Source: Octopus vulgaris
Lineage: Eukaryota
NCBI GenBank assembly: GCA_951406725.2
Contig: OX597818.1
Span: forward strand, 55,738,001-55,802,000
Direction of reading: 5' to 3'
DNA length: 64,000 bases
Each line of letters opens with the position of its first letter. The stretch's first letter is position 1. Under the pieces are notes generated by a model that saw only the letters and a list, made by a program, of their open reading frames with translations, did not search any database and was not told where the DNA came from. Shown in pieces: positions 25,461 to 38,716 of the stretch. The translations under genes and the position numbers were made by a program.

Positions 25461-25727
25461 CTAATTGATTGATTGATTGATTGACAGAACAACTAATCAA
25501 GCAACTGATTAGTTAATTGATTAAATAGTTAACCAGTTGACAAATAAATGACAAAAAAAAATGAAATAGGACTTGTGCTTGTTATTGGCACAATGACCCT
25601 CCTGAGATACAAGAAAATTTTTGATAAATTTTTGTATCAAAATATGAAATTTGTTGCACTTTCAAATCTCAAAAATAAACTAAAATATAAAAGGTACAAG
25701 TCTTTATTGGTTGATTACATTCATGAC

Positions 25728-25860
25728 TGGAGGCACAATGGTCCAGTGGTTAGGGCAGCGGACTTGCTGTCATAGGATTGCAGTTTCGATTCCCAGACCG
25801 GGCGTTTCTGTTGATTGGATCAACTGGGACCCTCATCGTTGTAACCGATGGAGTGCCACA
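25728..25860 (+). mobile_element. Internally deleted SINE family E
   Basis: Family E head joined directly to the family E 3' end. Confidence 0.75.
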
Positions 25861-26488
25861 CTTATGACTAAATCTGTAAGGACTATTTTTCTATCTTAAG
25901 CAGCTGGCCAGTCTCTTAAAGCCATCATCAAACTGGATAACAAAGCACTTCATATACACTACATATGAATTATAATCATTGTTGTGTTTGTCATCACCAT
26001 TGTCCCTGCTTTTACTACTATCATCATTATCATCATCATTAAATGTGTGACAGTTTAAAACTAGTTCTTTTTTAATCTAAATCTTTGACATCAGTAAAAC
26101 AATGAGCAATGACTTCCTCTGCTGAAAAAGGGTTTAAATAGGATGAAGATTGTGTAGGTTAGCCATGAAGTGGTATTTTTTTTTTAGTTGTTTTTATCTT
26201 TATGATACCTCTTGAACTTTGAAGGTATAGTATGACTAACCATACTTTATCCTTAGAAAAAATTTTTTGATCTTTGGTATTTCAGTTTAACCTTTTCTCA
26301 AAAGAAGGAAAAATAAAAACATGTTAAAGGATTTTTTATCAAGAGTTTTTAATAGAATTTAATAGATTTAGGTTTTTAGTAAGATTTCGTGAAAACATTC
26401 TGAGAAATTAAAAAAGGTATAAGTATCTAACAAGGTTTCCACACAGCATTATCTTTCATACTTATAGTTAAATTGTTTTAGTCTAAAC

Positions 26489-26707
26489 CAGTGCTTTTCA
26501 AACTTTTTGTTGGAGCGGAACCCCAAGGAAACATTCCACTGGCTCGAGGAACCCCTGTGCAATAATTTAATAGTCTTATGCACACATATCTGCACAGGAG
26601 AATTAAAAATTACTGCCGATTTTAGCAGTTTTGTAACTTCTTGCAGAACCCCTGGACTGTACTGGCAGAACCCTAAGGTTCCGAGGAACCCTGGTTGAAA
26701 ACCACTG
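26489..26707. mobile_element. hAT (Charlie-like) MITE
   Basis: TIRs CAGTGCTTTTCAA / TTGAAAACCACTG; perfect 8-bp TSD GTCTAAAC (26481-26488, 26708-26715). Confidence 0.93.
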
Positions 26708-29700
26708 GTCTAAACTATAATATATCTATTCATTCTGAATATGTTCTGACAGATTTAAATGCAAATGTCTGATTGCTGTTGTTTCTCATCATCAGAGAAC
26801 ATCTTCTTTTAGACTTTGTGTGTTCATAACATCTACAATTCCCCGATGTAAGGGGACTTTGAAATATCAGGATGTTTCAGCCTTATTGTGTCTCATCAGT
26901 CAAAGATATCCCAGCTGATCAACAAATATAACAAGAGTACAGGCTTTTGTTTGTAGAAATCAACAAACAAATTATTTGATGATGCATGTCAAACAGAGGA
27001 TTCCTGAGATGCATGCAGAGCAGTGAGAATCCAAATAATGCATCCATTCTTAATACATTTTGGCCGATGCAAATGTGAATATCTGATTGTTGTTGTTTAA
27101 TTGTCATCAGAGAACATCTGCTTGCTGATTTCTACAAAGAAGAGCCTGAAATCTTGTTAGAGTCATATCTCAGCCTTTTATACTGGTGAATTACATGTGT
27201 TATGAATACATTGTTCAAAGGGACATATGTCTCTCAGAAAATGCCAAACTATGATAACCATGTTTCATGTTCAAAACTCTCAAGAACATATTAAGAATGG
27301 GTTCGTTATTGTCTGGATTCTTGCTGTAGTGTGTCCACCTCATGGATTATTATGTTTTAGTCCTATTTTCTGTTTTTCTTCAGGAGACCTGTTTTTAGAT
27401 ATTATATCTTTTGGCTGAGCTGAAGTTAGATCCTTTATTTTTTTTATATTGGGTTTCAAGATTCTTAACACTGTCTTGTTGGACAATTATAACTTTATAG
27501 ATCTCCAAAACTAACTGTATGACACTAGCATTGAAATTCTGTATTACCAATAAAGATTCTATGCTGAGATATGTGTATGAAAATAAGGCCTCGGAAGATG
27601 ATTAGTGATCATCATCATTTAATGTCTGTTTTTCCATGCTGGCATGGGTTGGATGGTTTGGTCGAAGATGGAGAGCTGTATGAAAATGTTTAATCGTGGG
27701 TTGGGGGGCACAGTTTATAGCATTTTCTTTCCTTTCTTTTCTCTGTCTTGTGAGTTACTTGGTGGCCTCTCTCGTACCGGTGTCACAAAATAAATAAATA
27801 ATTAAATAACACCCATGACTCACTGTAAAGTAGTTGATGTTATGTATAATAGAAACCCCGCCAAAGCTGACAAACAGACTTGATGTAGCTGTGCAGTTTG
27901 TCAGGTTCTGTCAAATCATCCATCTGAAGCCAGCATGAAAAATGGATGTTAAATGATTATGATGATAATAGCACTAGATCCCATCAACAATATTCATTTC
28001 AACCAACAATTATCATGCCTCACATATACAGCACATTAACCGTTATGTAAAATCTGTGTAACAGAACTTGGTTTTGAAGCTGTATTATTTTGCTAACTTT
28101 CAATGAACTCTAAGTTTATGATTGTATTTAATGTTAGAATTCACTACTTGACACATGACTTCCTTATTTCCTTCCTGTAATCCCTAAACTATTCAGTTTG
28201 GGTTCTTTAAATTCTATAATTTTTTTCAGCTCTTTCATTTCACTTTCATGCTTATATTTCATTTTGTTATATGAGAAAATATTTACAGAATTATCTAGTA
28301 ATGTATATATTTCAAGAACAGAAATACATTTTGAATATACATAAATGTAAGCTGGTTTATAGACTTCTCTTTTAGCAGTTTATAGACTTCTCTGTTAACC
28401 TATGTCACTTAACAATAAATAAATAAATAAATAAGAGAGAGAGTAAATAATCATTGTCCTTCTATCTAAAGACATCAATTAATCATTTAGAAAGTTACAC
28501 CTCATATCATCTTCTCTTTTATTTTTTATTTGGTGTATGTTCAGTCATAGCAAAAAAAAAAAAAAAACTGATTTGTAATAGATATTTGCATTTTGCTGCA
28601 ACACGATAAGGTTTAAATGTGTATTAAAATGTATTTTACAGTAAAAAAAAAAAAAGAAAAAATTATTAATTTCTATTGCCATGGTGAAATATTTACTTTT
28701 ACATTAGAAACTATTTGCTTACTTAAAACCTGCTACCATCTACTTCTTTTATTACCTTCAGAATATCCAACTTGAAAGTTTAGACTGTCAACAAATAACT
28801 AATGTACATTTGTAAAATATGTAAACTAAAACATTTTATATAGACAGAGATATTGTACATACATGCGTACATTCACAAGCAAATAAAAGCATATGGAGAC
28901 TGCTTTTTCTTTTTTTTTTTTTTTTTTTGTTAAATGATTTTAACCAGGAGGGAGTGCAGCAACTAAAATCCTTTTCCATAACACTGAGACTGGTGGGGCA
29001 AATTATTCTCAGATTAGAACTCTAACTTGAGTAGTGAACCATGATAGAGCATCCAAGGATCAGATGGTATTTTTAACTCTGGTAAACCCTTAGGCTCTAT
29101 ACTAACCACTATTCTCAAACCTTCTTTCTCAAAATGTCATCCCTCTGGAATGCCCTCACCATTTAATCAAAGTCTCATGTTTTAGAGTACTTTCAAAAGT
29201 GATAGGCACGATTCTTTCTTCAGACCAAACCAGTAATAAACGAACCAAAAGAAAAAACAGAATTTGTTTTTATAACAATTATCTGATAATTGAACAGTCT
29301 GTGAAAGCTATGTTTTATTTTCCAGGCTAAGATTCGAAACTGAATCTAAGGATTCTCCCTCGCTTGATCCACCACTATTGGTTGATCAGGCATGAAAAAT
29401 TTCTTTGTCCTGTAAGAAGTGACGGATGAGTTTCCACTCAACCTCCAACCTGGGCTGTGTCATGGAAAGTTCAGATGGACAACAAGTGACCTAAATAAGT
29501 ACAAACTATTCCTATGGTATATCCTTCTTTCTAGCTAGGATGACCATTACAAATATGGTTTCCTTAGACACATGCCAGTGAGCCAGATAAACGGCAACAA
29601 GTAGACAGGCAGCATCATGATCAAGATAGAGAGCCAGATAGCAGGAGATGAGCACAAGACAGTAACAGTTGCGACACAAGACAGTAACACGTGAAGACAC

Positions 29701-30499
29701 AAACAGACAAGACAGAAAAACAACACAACATGACTAAATGATAAACACATACACAGACACAAAATATGGCTCTCATCTCATCAACATTCTCTTTCCTCTG
29801 TTTTTATGTCACCAACTCAAAGTAGTTTGGTAACCTTATGTAGCGGCAGATTTGTTCATATTTTCAAATCAAGCTTTCTGTATCCAATACGTAAATGCAA
29901 CTGTTGACCAAATACATTATGAAAACTGCATTCCTATTCTTTCCTCATTGTTGTCCTTTGATGTCGGTCCAACACTCCTATCTTCATCTGCTACACCCCA
30001 CAGCATACATTGAACAATCAACAACATCACATTTCACTACACATCTTGCTACAAATCCATCAAATTCATATGATTGAAGTGTATGAAATTTAACAATTTT
30101 GTTATGTAAACATCAGTCTCAACAGGAAGTTTCTGAAACAATGATGGATCCTCCACCTGGTTATTTAACCTGTTAGAAATAACCACCAGATTCCCTCCAA
30201 GCCTCACTTTATCATCTTTAAGAACTGATGTTGGTTTATTTATGTCCCTGTTCAGCAAATGAGACTGATAAAATAAGTATCAGGCTTATGAAAAAAGTGC
30301 TGGAGTCAATTCATTCAGCTACAACCTTCAAGGTGGTGCCCCAGCATGGCCAAGGAGTGAAATAAGTAAAAAAAATAATAATAAAAGATACAGTAAGATA
30401 ATATTGTCTGAAAATAAGGTGACATGGTCATGGCTGGAATGCTTTGATGCTAGGTCTGCTCGATTAGAGTTGATTTGTGACTGAACAATAATAATAATA

Positions 30500-30714
30500 A
30501 TCCTTTCTACTGTAAGCACAAGGCCTCAAATTTGGGGGAAGAGATTAATTTGGTTACATCAACCCCAGTGCTTAACTGCTACTTGTTTAATCAACCCTGA
30601 AAGGATAAAAGGCAAAATTGACCTTGGCAGAATTTGAACTCGGAACGTAGCAACGGGCGAAATGCCGCTAAGCATTTTGCCCAGCATGCTAACAATTCTG
30701 CCACCTTGCCGCTT
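30500..30714 (-). mobile_element. SINE family B monomer with tail-2
   Basis: Reverse-strand head, core and tail-2. Confidence 0.8.
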
Positions 30715-30852
30715 TAGCAATAATAATAATAATAATAGTAACAGGAAGTTTATTGATGAGCAACTGATGTTTTATTTTTATTCTCTGTTCTAATGAATAT
30801 TTTAGGATCTATTCAACCTTTTTATCGATATTTCACTTTCTCCCATTCTTAA

Positions 30853-31849
30853 CCCTTTCGTTACTATATTTCTGACCAAAATACACCCCTTATGTGTTTC
30901 AATTAATTTCTAACGTAATCATAAATTTAGTCTGGTTTCATTAAACAACTATAACTTTTTTATTTATCAATATATTAACATGAATTTTGGAAGATAATTT
31001 AATGAAATGTTCTCAACCAATTCTATACTATAATTTTTGTCACAAAGTGACTCTAATTGCAGGTAGATACAGGTGGGTAGACAACAAAATTTTACGATAG
31101 AATTTGTTATTCTGGGTAACTTTCTGATACCCATAATAATATTTATGGCAAAATAAGCCTTAATTTCATTTAAGGTTGTGGGAAACCACAAAGTATCCTT
31201 TCTTTCGTTTTGTTTACATTTAGCGTAACGGTTCGTTTCCGCCGTAAGGATTTCAAATAGGCTCATTCGAAAAAGTAAAAAGAAATAGTCTAAGGCTTTA
31301 CTCTTCTGGGAAAGTCTGTGGCTTGGTCCAGTTTCTTCAGAAAAATCACCGAAAGAAACAGTTTTTAAATTTTCACTCCATTCAGGTGCCAATTCATTTT
31401 CTTTATCGCTGTTGGAGCTCTCGGATTCACTGTTTTCACTTTCGGAAAATGAAACATCAGATTCATTATCAAATACCACATGCTTTTTTTTTTCAGTCAT
31501 AGAGTTAGATTTATGAAGGTCTTCAGTAGAAAATCCTTCGAATTCTGACTCGCTGCTTGATATAATGAAATTCGTATCCATTTTTTGTCAGAATTACAAA
31601 TTTTGAAAACACAATAGGAACACATTTCGGAAAAAAATCTCCCAAAATTCACAGAATGAAAATACACTTCGATTTTTGTACAAAACTGTAGTTGAACTCT
31701 TTACCAAGTATAATACGTATTTTCACGAATGTACTAAAGAGATTTGCTCTGATATTCTCATTTAAATATGAATAGGTAAATTTGCGCGGCTTTGAGCGGT
31801 TTGGTCACATTAACCAAAATTTTTTTCGGGCGGTTTGGTAACGAAAGGG
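30853..31849 (-). mobile_element. piggyBac-superfamily internal-deletion derivative (~1 kb)
   Basis: TTAA TSD (30849-30852, 31850-31853); perfect 12-bp TIR CCCTTTCGTTAC / GTAACGAAAGGG; contains a transposase N-terminal ORF. Confidence 0.93.
30967..31581 (-). CDS. Truncated piggyBac/PGBD-like transposase (acidic N-terminus and start of the DDE_Tnp_1_7 region; catalytic DDD absent)
   Basis: 204-aa open ORF with Ser/Glu-rich N-terminus, then ALDYFFLLF...ILTAETNRYA...WFPTTLNEIKAYFAINIIMGIRKLPRI, typical of piggyBac transposases. Confidence 0.8.
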   Translation of the reverse strand: MDTNFIISSSESEFEGFSTEDLHKSNSMTEKKKHVVFDNESDVSFSESENSESESSNSDKENELAPEWSENLKTVSFGDFSEETGPSHRLSQKSKALDYFFLLFRMSLFEILTAETNRYAKCKQNERKDTLWFPTTLNEIKAYFAINIIMGIRKLPRITNSIVKFCCLPTCIYLQLESLCDKNYSIELVENISLNYLPKFMLIY

Positions 31850-32151
31850 TTAAAGAACCACGGCTCTAAAAATGGTCTTATTTACCAATTCAGACTGTGT
31901 AGCACAAAGATTGTTAACTCCTTTGAGAAAAGTGGGAACTTTTCAACTTCTCATAACTGCTCCCTCCATATTTTAAGGCTTCTCTTCTGTATTTCTCTGT
32001 ATATATAAGCGGCATGTTTAACCTTTTTATCAGCTTTATAGTGCTACTGACATTGTGTCTCATAGAGTAAGATATTTTTCTGGTCACACAGCTTTTAGAT
32101 TTTATTATATCCATTGTTTCCAGGCCATATTATTTGTGGTTTTAGTGTGTA

Positions 32152-32902
32152 CTAGCAGCATAGCCCGGCGTTGCCCGGGTATGTAAGAGCCCCTAGTAGG
32201 CAACGACTAATCCCAATCTAGTCCTTTCCCTCTAGGGAACAAAGGCGCATGTGTAGGTTGCAATGTCTTCTCTTCACTCCCAAATAACTATCAAACAGCT
32301 ATCGAAAATTCAACCCAACCAATTCCTACCAGGAAGAAATTACATTCAAGACTTTACCCCCAATACCGTCACTTCTGCTAATAGCTGCTGCAGCCGCAAG
32401 TTATTCGAATACTTTTTTTGTTTACACTTTCTTTATAACTACCACCCCAAACGTTTTACCTTAAATTTTTGACGTACCCTAAGGGTCCTCGGACGCTACT
32501 TGCAAACTCTTGGTTTATTATAAACCGCTTTTGTCATGTGCACCAAAAAACCTTTTCCATTCGTTTGTTCAGTTTGGTCACTTTTGACTTTTTCGTTGTT
32601 GTCACTCACATTGCTGCCCACTTTTTTGCCGTTTTTGTACATTTTTATACATTTTGGGATACTTACCCCACGTGTTCCGAGAGTTAAAAAGGTCGAGTTG
32701 CGTCCCCTAGACAGTCTGTAGAAAATGTGTTGCATATAAAAAGCTTAGATTCTCGACCCATGTCGCTGCGTTAGTTTTGAATTATGACATTGGGTTATGT
32801 GTGTGTCAAGTTTCATCAGAATCGGTTGAAAGCCGTGGTCAGGGTGAGGGTACAACCTGACAGACACACAGACAGACAAACTGCCGTTTATATATAGAGA
32901 GA
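32152..32902 (-). mobile_element. Non-autonomous Helitron
   Basis: On minus strand: 5' TCTCTCTATATATAAA, 3' hairpin CCCGGGCAACGCCGGG then CTAG; inserted between A and T with no TSD. Confidence 0.85.
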
Positions 32903-35707
32903 TGTGTGTTTTTGTTGTTTATATTTTTAAGTTGCATTCTTTGTTTGGAAAGCTTCTCAGTCATCTAATTAAGAATTATATATTGAAACTTGTCAAAAGG
33001 GTGACTTGCTGAAGATAGCATTTATGAAATCTAAATGAAAAGGAGTATGACAATGCAGCCCTCACTAATGGTTTATATGTGTCTAACTGATATGGAGACA
33101 TTTATGAAACAAAATACCACTTCTTTCTGAAAAGATTTTGTTATTTTCTTAATGTGAGGTAGGTAGATTAATAGAAAATGATAATAGTTCTTGTAGTGGC
33201 AAGGTCAGCAGTGATATAGATATATAGTATAAATGTATTTATAGATTAACTAGTAGTGGATATCTGCCCGAGCCATAGAGCCATTTCATAAACCTATCAA
33301 TCTTTTTTTTTTTTCTGTTACTCACTTTCAATAACAATGTAATTAATTTCTATTTTATATATATAAACTTAGGACTAAAGTTTTTGTTTTTTTTTAGCTA
33401 TTCTTAAGGAAGCGAGATATTGTTTTGTGTGTCTATGTAATTGCAACCATCTGCTTTGAAAAAGTCAGAATCTTTAGAAACAAAAGTTATCATTAATAGC
33501 TCTATCATTTAAGAAATTATTCTAAAAGAGTAATGGCTTTTCTTTCTTTTTTTTTTCTGTTGTTGTTGACATATTTTTCTTTTCTTGATAGCATCATGAT
33601 ACTATCACTCTCTAGTTTTTTGGGGGTTTTTTTTCAAATTTATTGTTGGCTCTGTTTTCTATGGGCCTCAATGAAAAGAAAATAATCTGAGTTGAAGTTG
33701 TATTTCGTCTTTTTGTCTTTTGTTTATTTTTGCGTATGCCATTCTTTATCAGTTTATGTGAACATCTCCCTAGCAGTCAATGTAATGTTACAGATACTGT
33801 CCTAGAACACCCATGTTGTAGAGAATATTAGGGCTCACGTTTTTGATAAAATAGCTCACTGAAAATTTACGTGCATAAACTGATGAAAAGTAGAAGACAT
33901 ATGGAATTGTAGTTCTTGGAAAATGGTTAACAAAATATTACTGCCTGTCTTTTACTATTATTTTTCATGTTAAAGTATTAAATGATCTTCAGTCGCAAGA
34001 AATTGTTAACAAATATATCACCAAGGGAAATTGTTCACAGTTGCCATCCACAGGAAAAATAAATATAAATAAATAAATAAATGGATAAATAAATGGTAGT
34101 GTTAACATACTTAATTTAAGAAGTATTAAATATTTCATTTAAAATAATTATACGGTGAAGAGAAGACATTAAGCTCAATGACTAATATTGTTTTAACCAT
34201 TTCAGGAAGTATGGGTTATAATTTTTAACATGTTTCAGTCTTATTAGATCTCTTCAAACTACACTGCAGTTGCCGAAATAAAAATGAGAGAATTATCTGA
34301 GTAGATGTATAATACTGTATATGAGTAGATATGAAAATAAATATATTGTTTTAAAATATTTGACGTTAATTACTCAGTTTCCATCCTTGAGAAAAATAAT
34401 ATTTGACTTACTATCAATACATCTGATGCAATTAGCATCAAGGAAGTTAATTAAGAGTAATTTTCTTGTAGGGATTTGATCTTTAAAATCTGATAATTTT
34501 CATATCTCTGTGTGTACTTTTTTGTGCATCTACTTAGTGATTCTCTATGCGTTACATTTGCAAATAGAGTAAAGTCAATATTTTGTGTAAGAGGGATAAA
34601 TATGACTGCATCATGTTTGGAGTTGTCTCTACCGTTACCAAAATTTTAAAAATAATATTAATACCTTACAAAAGTAATGACAAATGACCAAGACATCTGG
34701 TACTTTGCTGTACTCAAGAAGACCTGTCCACCACAGCAGAATTGATATCCTAAACCCACCTTTGTAATGCTTGTCTATGCAGGGCTCTGCCCAACCTCAC
34801 TTCCATCCTCTCTGCCTCATCAATCATTCCTCCCCACACACACAGACACATTTCATCCGCCCCCTAACATATGTCCCGGCTCACCTAAGAGCAGAATAGG
34901 TGCATATTACTCTCACCTGCCCCTGCTTTCTCAGTTACCTTTGTTCTTCCCCCACCTCAAACCACTTCTTTTTCCCATTGTCTTCCCCACCTACTGTTTC
35001 CACCAATCACCTATCTTTGCCATCATCTCTCTTATCTTCTTATTCTCAAACTCATTTTCCTTTCTTTTCCAACTGAGTATCCATGTATCTACTCTACAAC
35101 AAGACACCCATCCCTGTCCCCTTATACCTTTAATCTCTCATCAACTGGCACAAAACCACCCCCTCAATACTACTCCCACCTCCCAGTTTAGGGGGTCTTT
35201 GTCTTGCAAGATACTTGGTGACCCTGTTGGTGAAGGTGCCATGCAAAAAGCCCTGGTACTGATGCTATGTAAGAAGTACTAGTGATGGTGCCACTTAAAA
35301 GGTACCTAGTACACTCTGTAAAGTGGAGCATCCGGCTGTATAAACCCTGCCAAAACAGACAATGGAGCCTGGTACAGCTCCTGATTTTGCCAACATCTGT
35401 CAAACTATCCTGTCCTTGCCTGCAGGGAAAACAGACATTAAATGATGATAATCTAGCAGTTTGTTTTCTCATTACATAATTATTTTTAATCAGCCTTTAA
35501 TACTCACTATTATTTTCTCATTGCTGATTTTTCAGCTTGAGGTAGTAATACCTGGAGATGATGGTGTCTAGGTTTTGAATATATATTTATATTGTTTTGT
35601 ATTTTCTTTTTCATGCTGGCACAGATTGGAAAGCCTTTTTGAGACAGCAGGTTTTATTCAGTTGCTCTTTCAATCTCCACCTCTTTTAGCTACAGCTTCC
35701 AAGACAC

Positions 35708-35881
35708 ACTGTACATTATTTACATTATTTACATTTGACGGATATTTGTCCTCATCTTGTTTGTTGTTAACACAATGTTTTGGCTAATATACCCTCCAGC
35801 CTTCATCAGATATCTTGGGGAAATTTTGAACCTGGGTTCTCATTCCTAAGGTATTTTTTGATGATTTTATTATTATTATTA

Positions 35882-35929
<48 letters not shown>

Positions 35930-36004
35930 TCACTGCCTGGAATCGAAATTGGAATCTTGGGGTCTGTGCTACATAATTCCTCATCTCTTAAATATAGAAC
36001 TGTA
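35708..36004 (-). mobile_element. 5'-truncated SINE-like element with (TAA)n tract and degenerate hammerhead motif
   Basis: B-box-like TTTCGATTCC, (AAT)n tract, CTGATGA-AGGCTG...TAGCC-AAAACATT-GTGT motif at 35770-35813, short direct repeat ACTGTA at both ends. Confidence 0.6.
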
Positions 36005-37040
36005 TAGTGTACCTGTTCTAAAACTAGGATGCACAGAGTAAAACTTTTAAGTATAAATAGATGGAATCATTTTATCGATGTGACATTCATGGAGAGTATG
36101 AATTTTAAAGAATTTATTATAATGTTGCAACTAGTTTAAATAAATTATTTTTATTTTGAAATCAAGTCAATAATTCAATTCACTTCAAGTAGAGTGGACT
36201 GGATTGTTACAATGGAAACGTTAAATTGGGGAAAACTTTTGGAATCAGTTGATATACAAAGGAATCTTAAACAGCAGCACCAATTACTCTACTATGACAA
36301 GCGAATATGGGGTGGGATGTATGGTTGTTTGACTTGCTAAAAATAGCAGCCATTAAAAAAAAAAAATCTCAGTTTACTGTTTTGTAGTTGTAGACATTTC
36401 TAAAAAGAAAGGTGGGGGTATCGTGGATGGAATGCCTTTAATTAGAGATTTTTCTCATTCATCTTGACCTGTGTTAAATGACAACAACCCTACTATGAAT
36501 AACTAAAATGTTTGAAAATGAGCCACAAGCTTGAGGAGAAGAATGTTAATATCTTAAGATAATTACTTAAAGTTAAGACTTTCTAGTTGGATATTTCAGA
36601 ACTACCCAAATTCTTTTGCCTTAGAAACTATTTCTCTATGATATAAAATGAAAAAAGGTTCTCATTCCAACAGGTAACAAAAAAAGACTTAAAAAGAAAT
36701 CTTCCCGTAACAACCAAAATGTTTCTGTCATTTAACATTGGCAAGAGTTTGTGTACGTAGATATACCTACATACTTGATTGTGATTTTAACCAGCTTTTT
36801 GGCATTTATGGCTGGATAAAGGAATAAGAAACCAAATGGTTCATGTGCATGTGTTCCTGGAATGTAAATGGATCTCTCGTAAATAAAAATATTAGTGTAA
36901 TCAATAAAACATTACTATAAGAAACAGTGTCCAGTGTGTGAGTGAAGTTTATTACAAATTTACCCATTTTTTTTTTTATTGCCATGTTTGGAACAGCTGC
37001 ATTGTGGTTATTAACCTGGTGCCTGATTGCGGAAAGGATA

Positions 37041-37250
37041 CTCTCTTTTTTTACTTGTTTCAGTCATTTGACTGCGGCCATGCTGGAGCACCGCCTTTAG
37101 TCGAGCAAATCGACCCCGGGACTTATTCTTTGTAAGCCCAGTACTTATTCTATCGGTCTCTTTTGCCGAACCGCTAAGTGACGGGGACGTAAACACACCA
37201 GCATCGGTTGTCAAGCAATGCTAGGGGGACAAACACAGACACACACACAT

Positions 37251-37304
<54 letters not shown>

Positions 37305-37466
37305 GACAGGCTTCTTTCAGTTTCCGTCTACCAAATCCACTCACAAGGCATTGGTCAGCCCGGGGCTATAGAGGAAGACACTTGCCCAAGATGCCATGCA
37401 GTGGGACTGAACCCAGAACCATGTGGTTGGTTAGCAAGCTACTTACCACACAGCCACTCCTGCGCC
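37041..37466 (-). mobile_element. SINE family A, young full-length copy
   Basis: High identity to 2849-3250; CpGs largely retained. Confidence 0.93.
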
Positions 37467-37669
37467 TGGACAAATATGGACAAATTTAGAATACAATACT
37501 CAATATCAGTGCTAGATTAATATTTCCAATTCAGATGTCTGTGTATGAATGGCTTACTTTGATACCCAAAGACCTGACTGTTTGTTTTTTTTTTTTCTTC
37601 TGTGGATTTTGTGTTTTGGTGGCATTTGCCTTATCTCTAAATTCGTAATCCTTGTGGTAGCAATATATT

Positions 37670-38076
37670 TATTTCTTTATTGCCCACAGGGGGCTAAACA
37701 TCGAAGGGACAAACAAGAACAGACAAAGAGATTAAGTTGAGAACCCCAGTGTGTAACTGCTACTTATTTAATTGACCCCGAAAGGATGAAGGGCAAAGTC
37801 AACCTCGGCAGAATTTGAACTCAGAACATAACAGCAGATGAAATACCTATTTCTTTACTACCTACAAAAGGCTAAACGCAGAGAGAGGACAAACAAGGAC
37901 AGACAAACAGATTAAGTCGATTATATCGACCCTAGTGCATAACTGGTACTTATTTAATCAACCCCGAAAGGATGAAAGGCAAAGTCGACCTTGGCGGAAT
38001 TTGAACTCAATGTAACAGCAGACCAAAAACCACCAAGCATTTCGCCCAGCATGCTAACGATTCTGCCAGCTCGCCA
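37670..38076 (-). mobile_element. SINE family B dimer (both units with tail-1)
   Basis: Same internal junction as the 20584 and 63074 copies; ~20-bp flanking direct repeat CCTTGTGGTAGCAATATATT (37650-37669, 38077-38096). Confidence 0.9.
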
Positions 38077-38716
38077 CCTTGTGGTAGCAATATATTAACC
38101 CTTTGCTTGTCCTGTACATCACATGTGATTCACAAGATGTATTTTCCTGGCATCCATGCATCATATACAATACATATTCCTAATTTCTTTTGAACCACCA
38201 GAGTAACTTGGAACTTATGAAAGGAAAGCTTTATATACTCAAAACATGAAACTATGGTTAGCTAAAAATCTGAAAACAAGCATGGGTGTTTAGGAAAAAC
38301 TTATGAAAATGCTTTGGATAGGAAGGTAAACTTTGTGTTGCATATGAATATGCTTTCAAATTGCCATTTAGAATACAGAACACTCCCTTATATATTGTAT
38401 TTCGTACCTTATGAGAACAATGAAATAAATGAAATACTATATGGTACGAAATACAATATGGACATTGACATGATGTAATCAGATATAAACACTATAGAAT
38501 ATTTCTGTTAAGATCTTCTTGCTTTTCCCATCACATCACAAACGTATATATATGCATGCATATAAACATATATACATGCAAACGTATATACATGCACATT
38601 TATATGTACATACATTTATTCATGGAAACACATACCAAATTAATTCCTGCAGTTGACTTCTATCAAATTTATCTCACAAAATAATGGTCAACCTGAGGCT
38701 TTGATAGAAGAAATTA

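Noticed and set aside
34767-35282. 171-aa plus-strand ORF rich in Pro/Leu/Phe
   Set aside because: Low-complexity pyrimidine-rich tract running into a degenerate RTE UTR; no domain or convincing splice signals
36211-36340. Peptide METLNWGKLLESVDIQRNLKQQHQ faintly resembling the HSF2BP N-terminal coiled coil
   Set aside because: No convincing splice donor and an in-frame stop follows; similarity too weak
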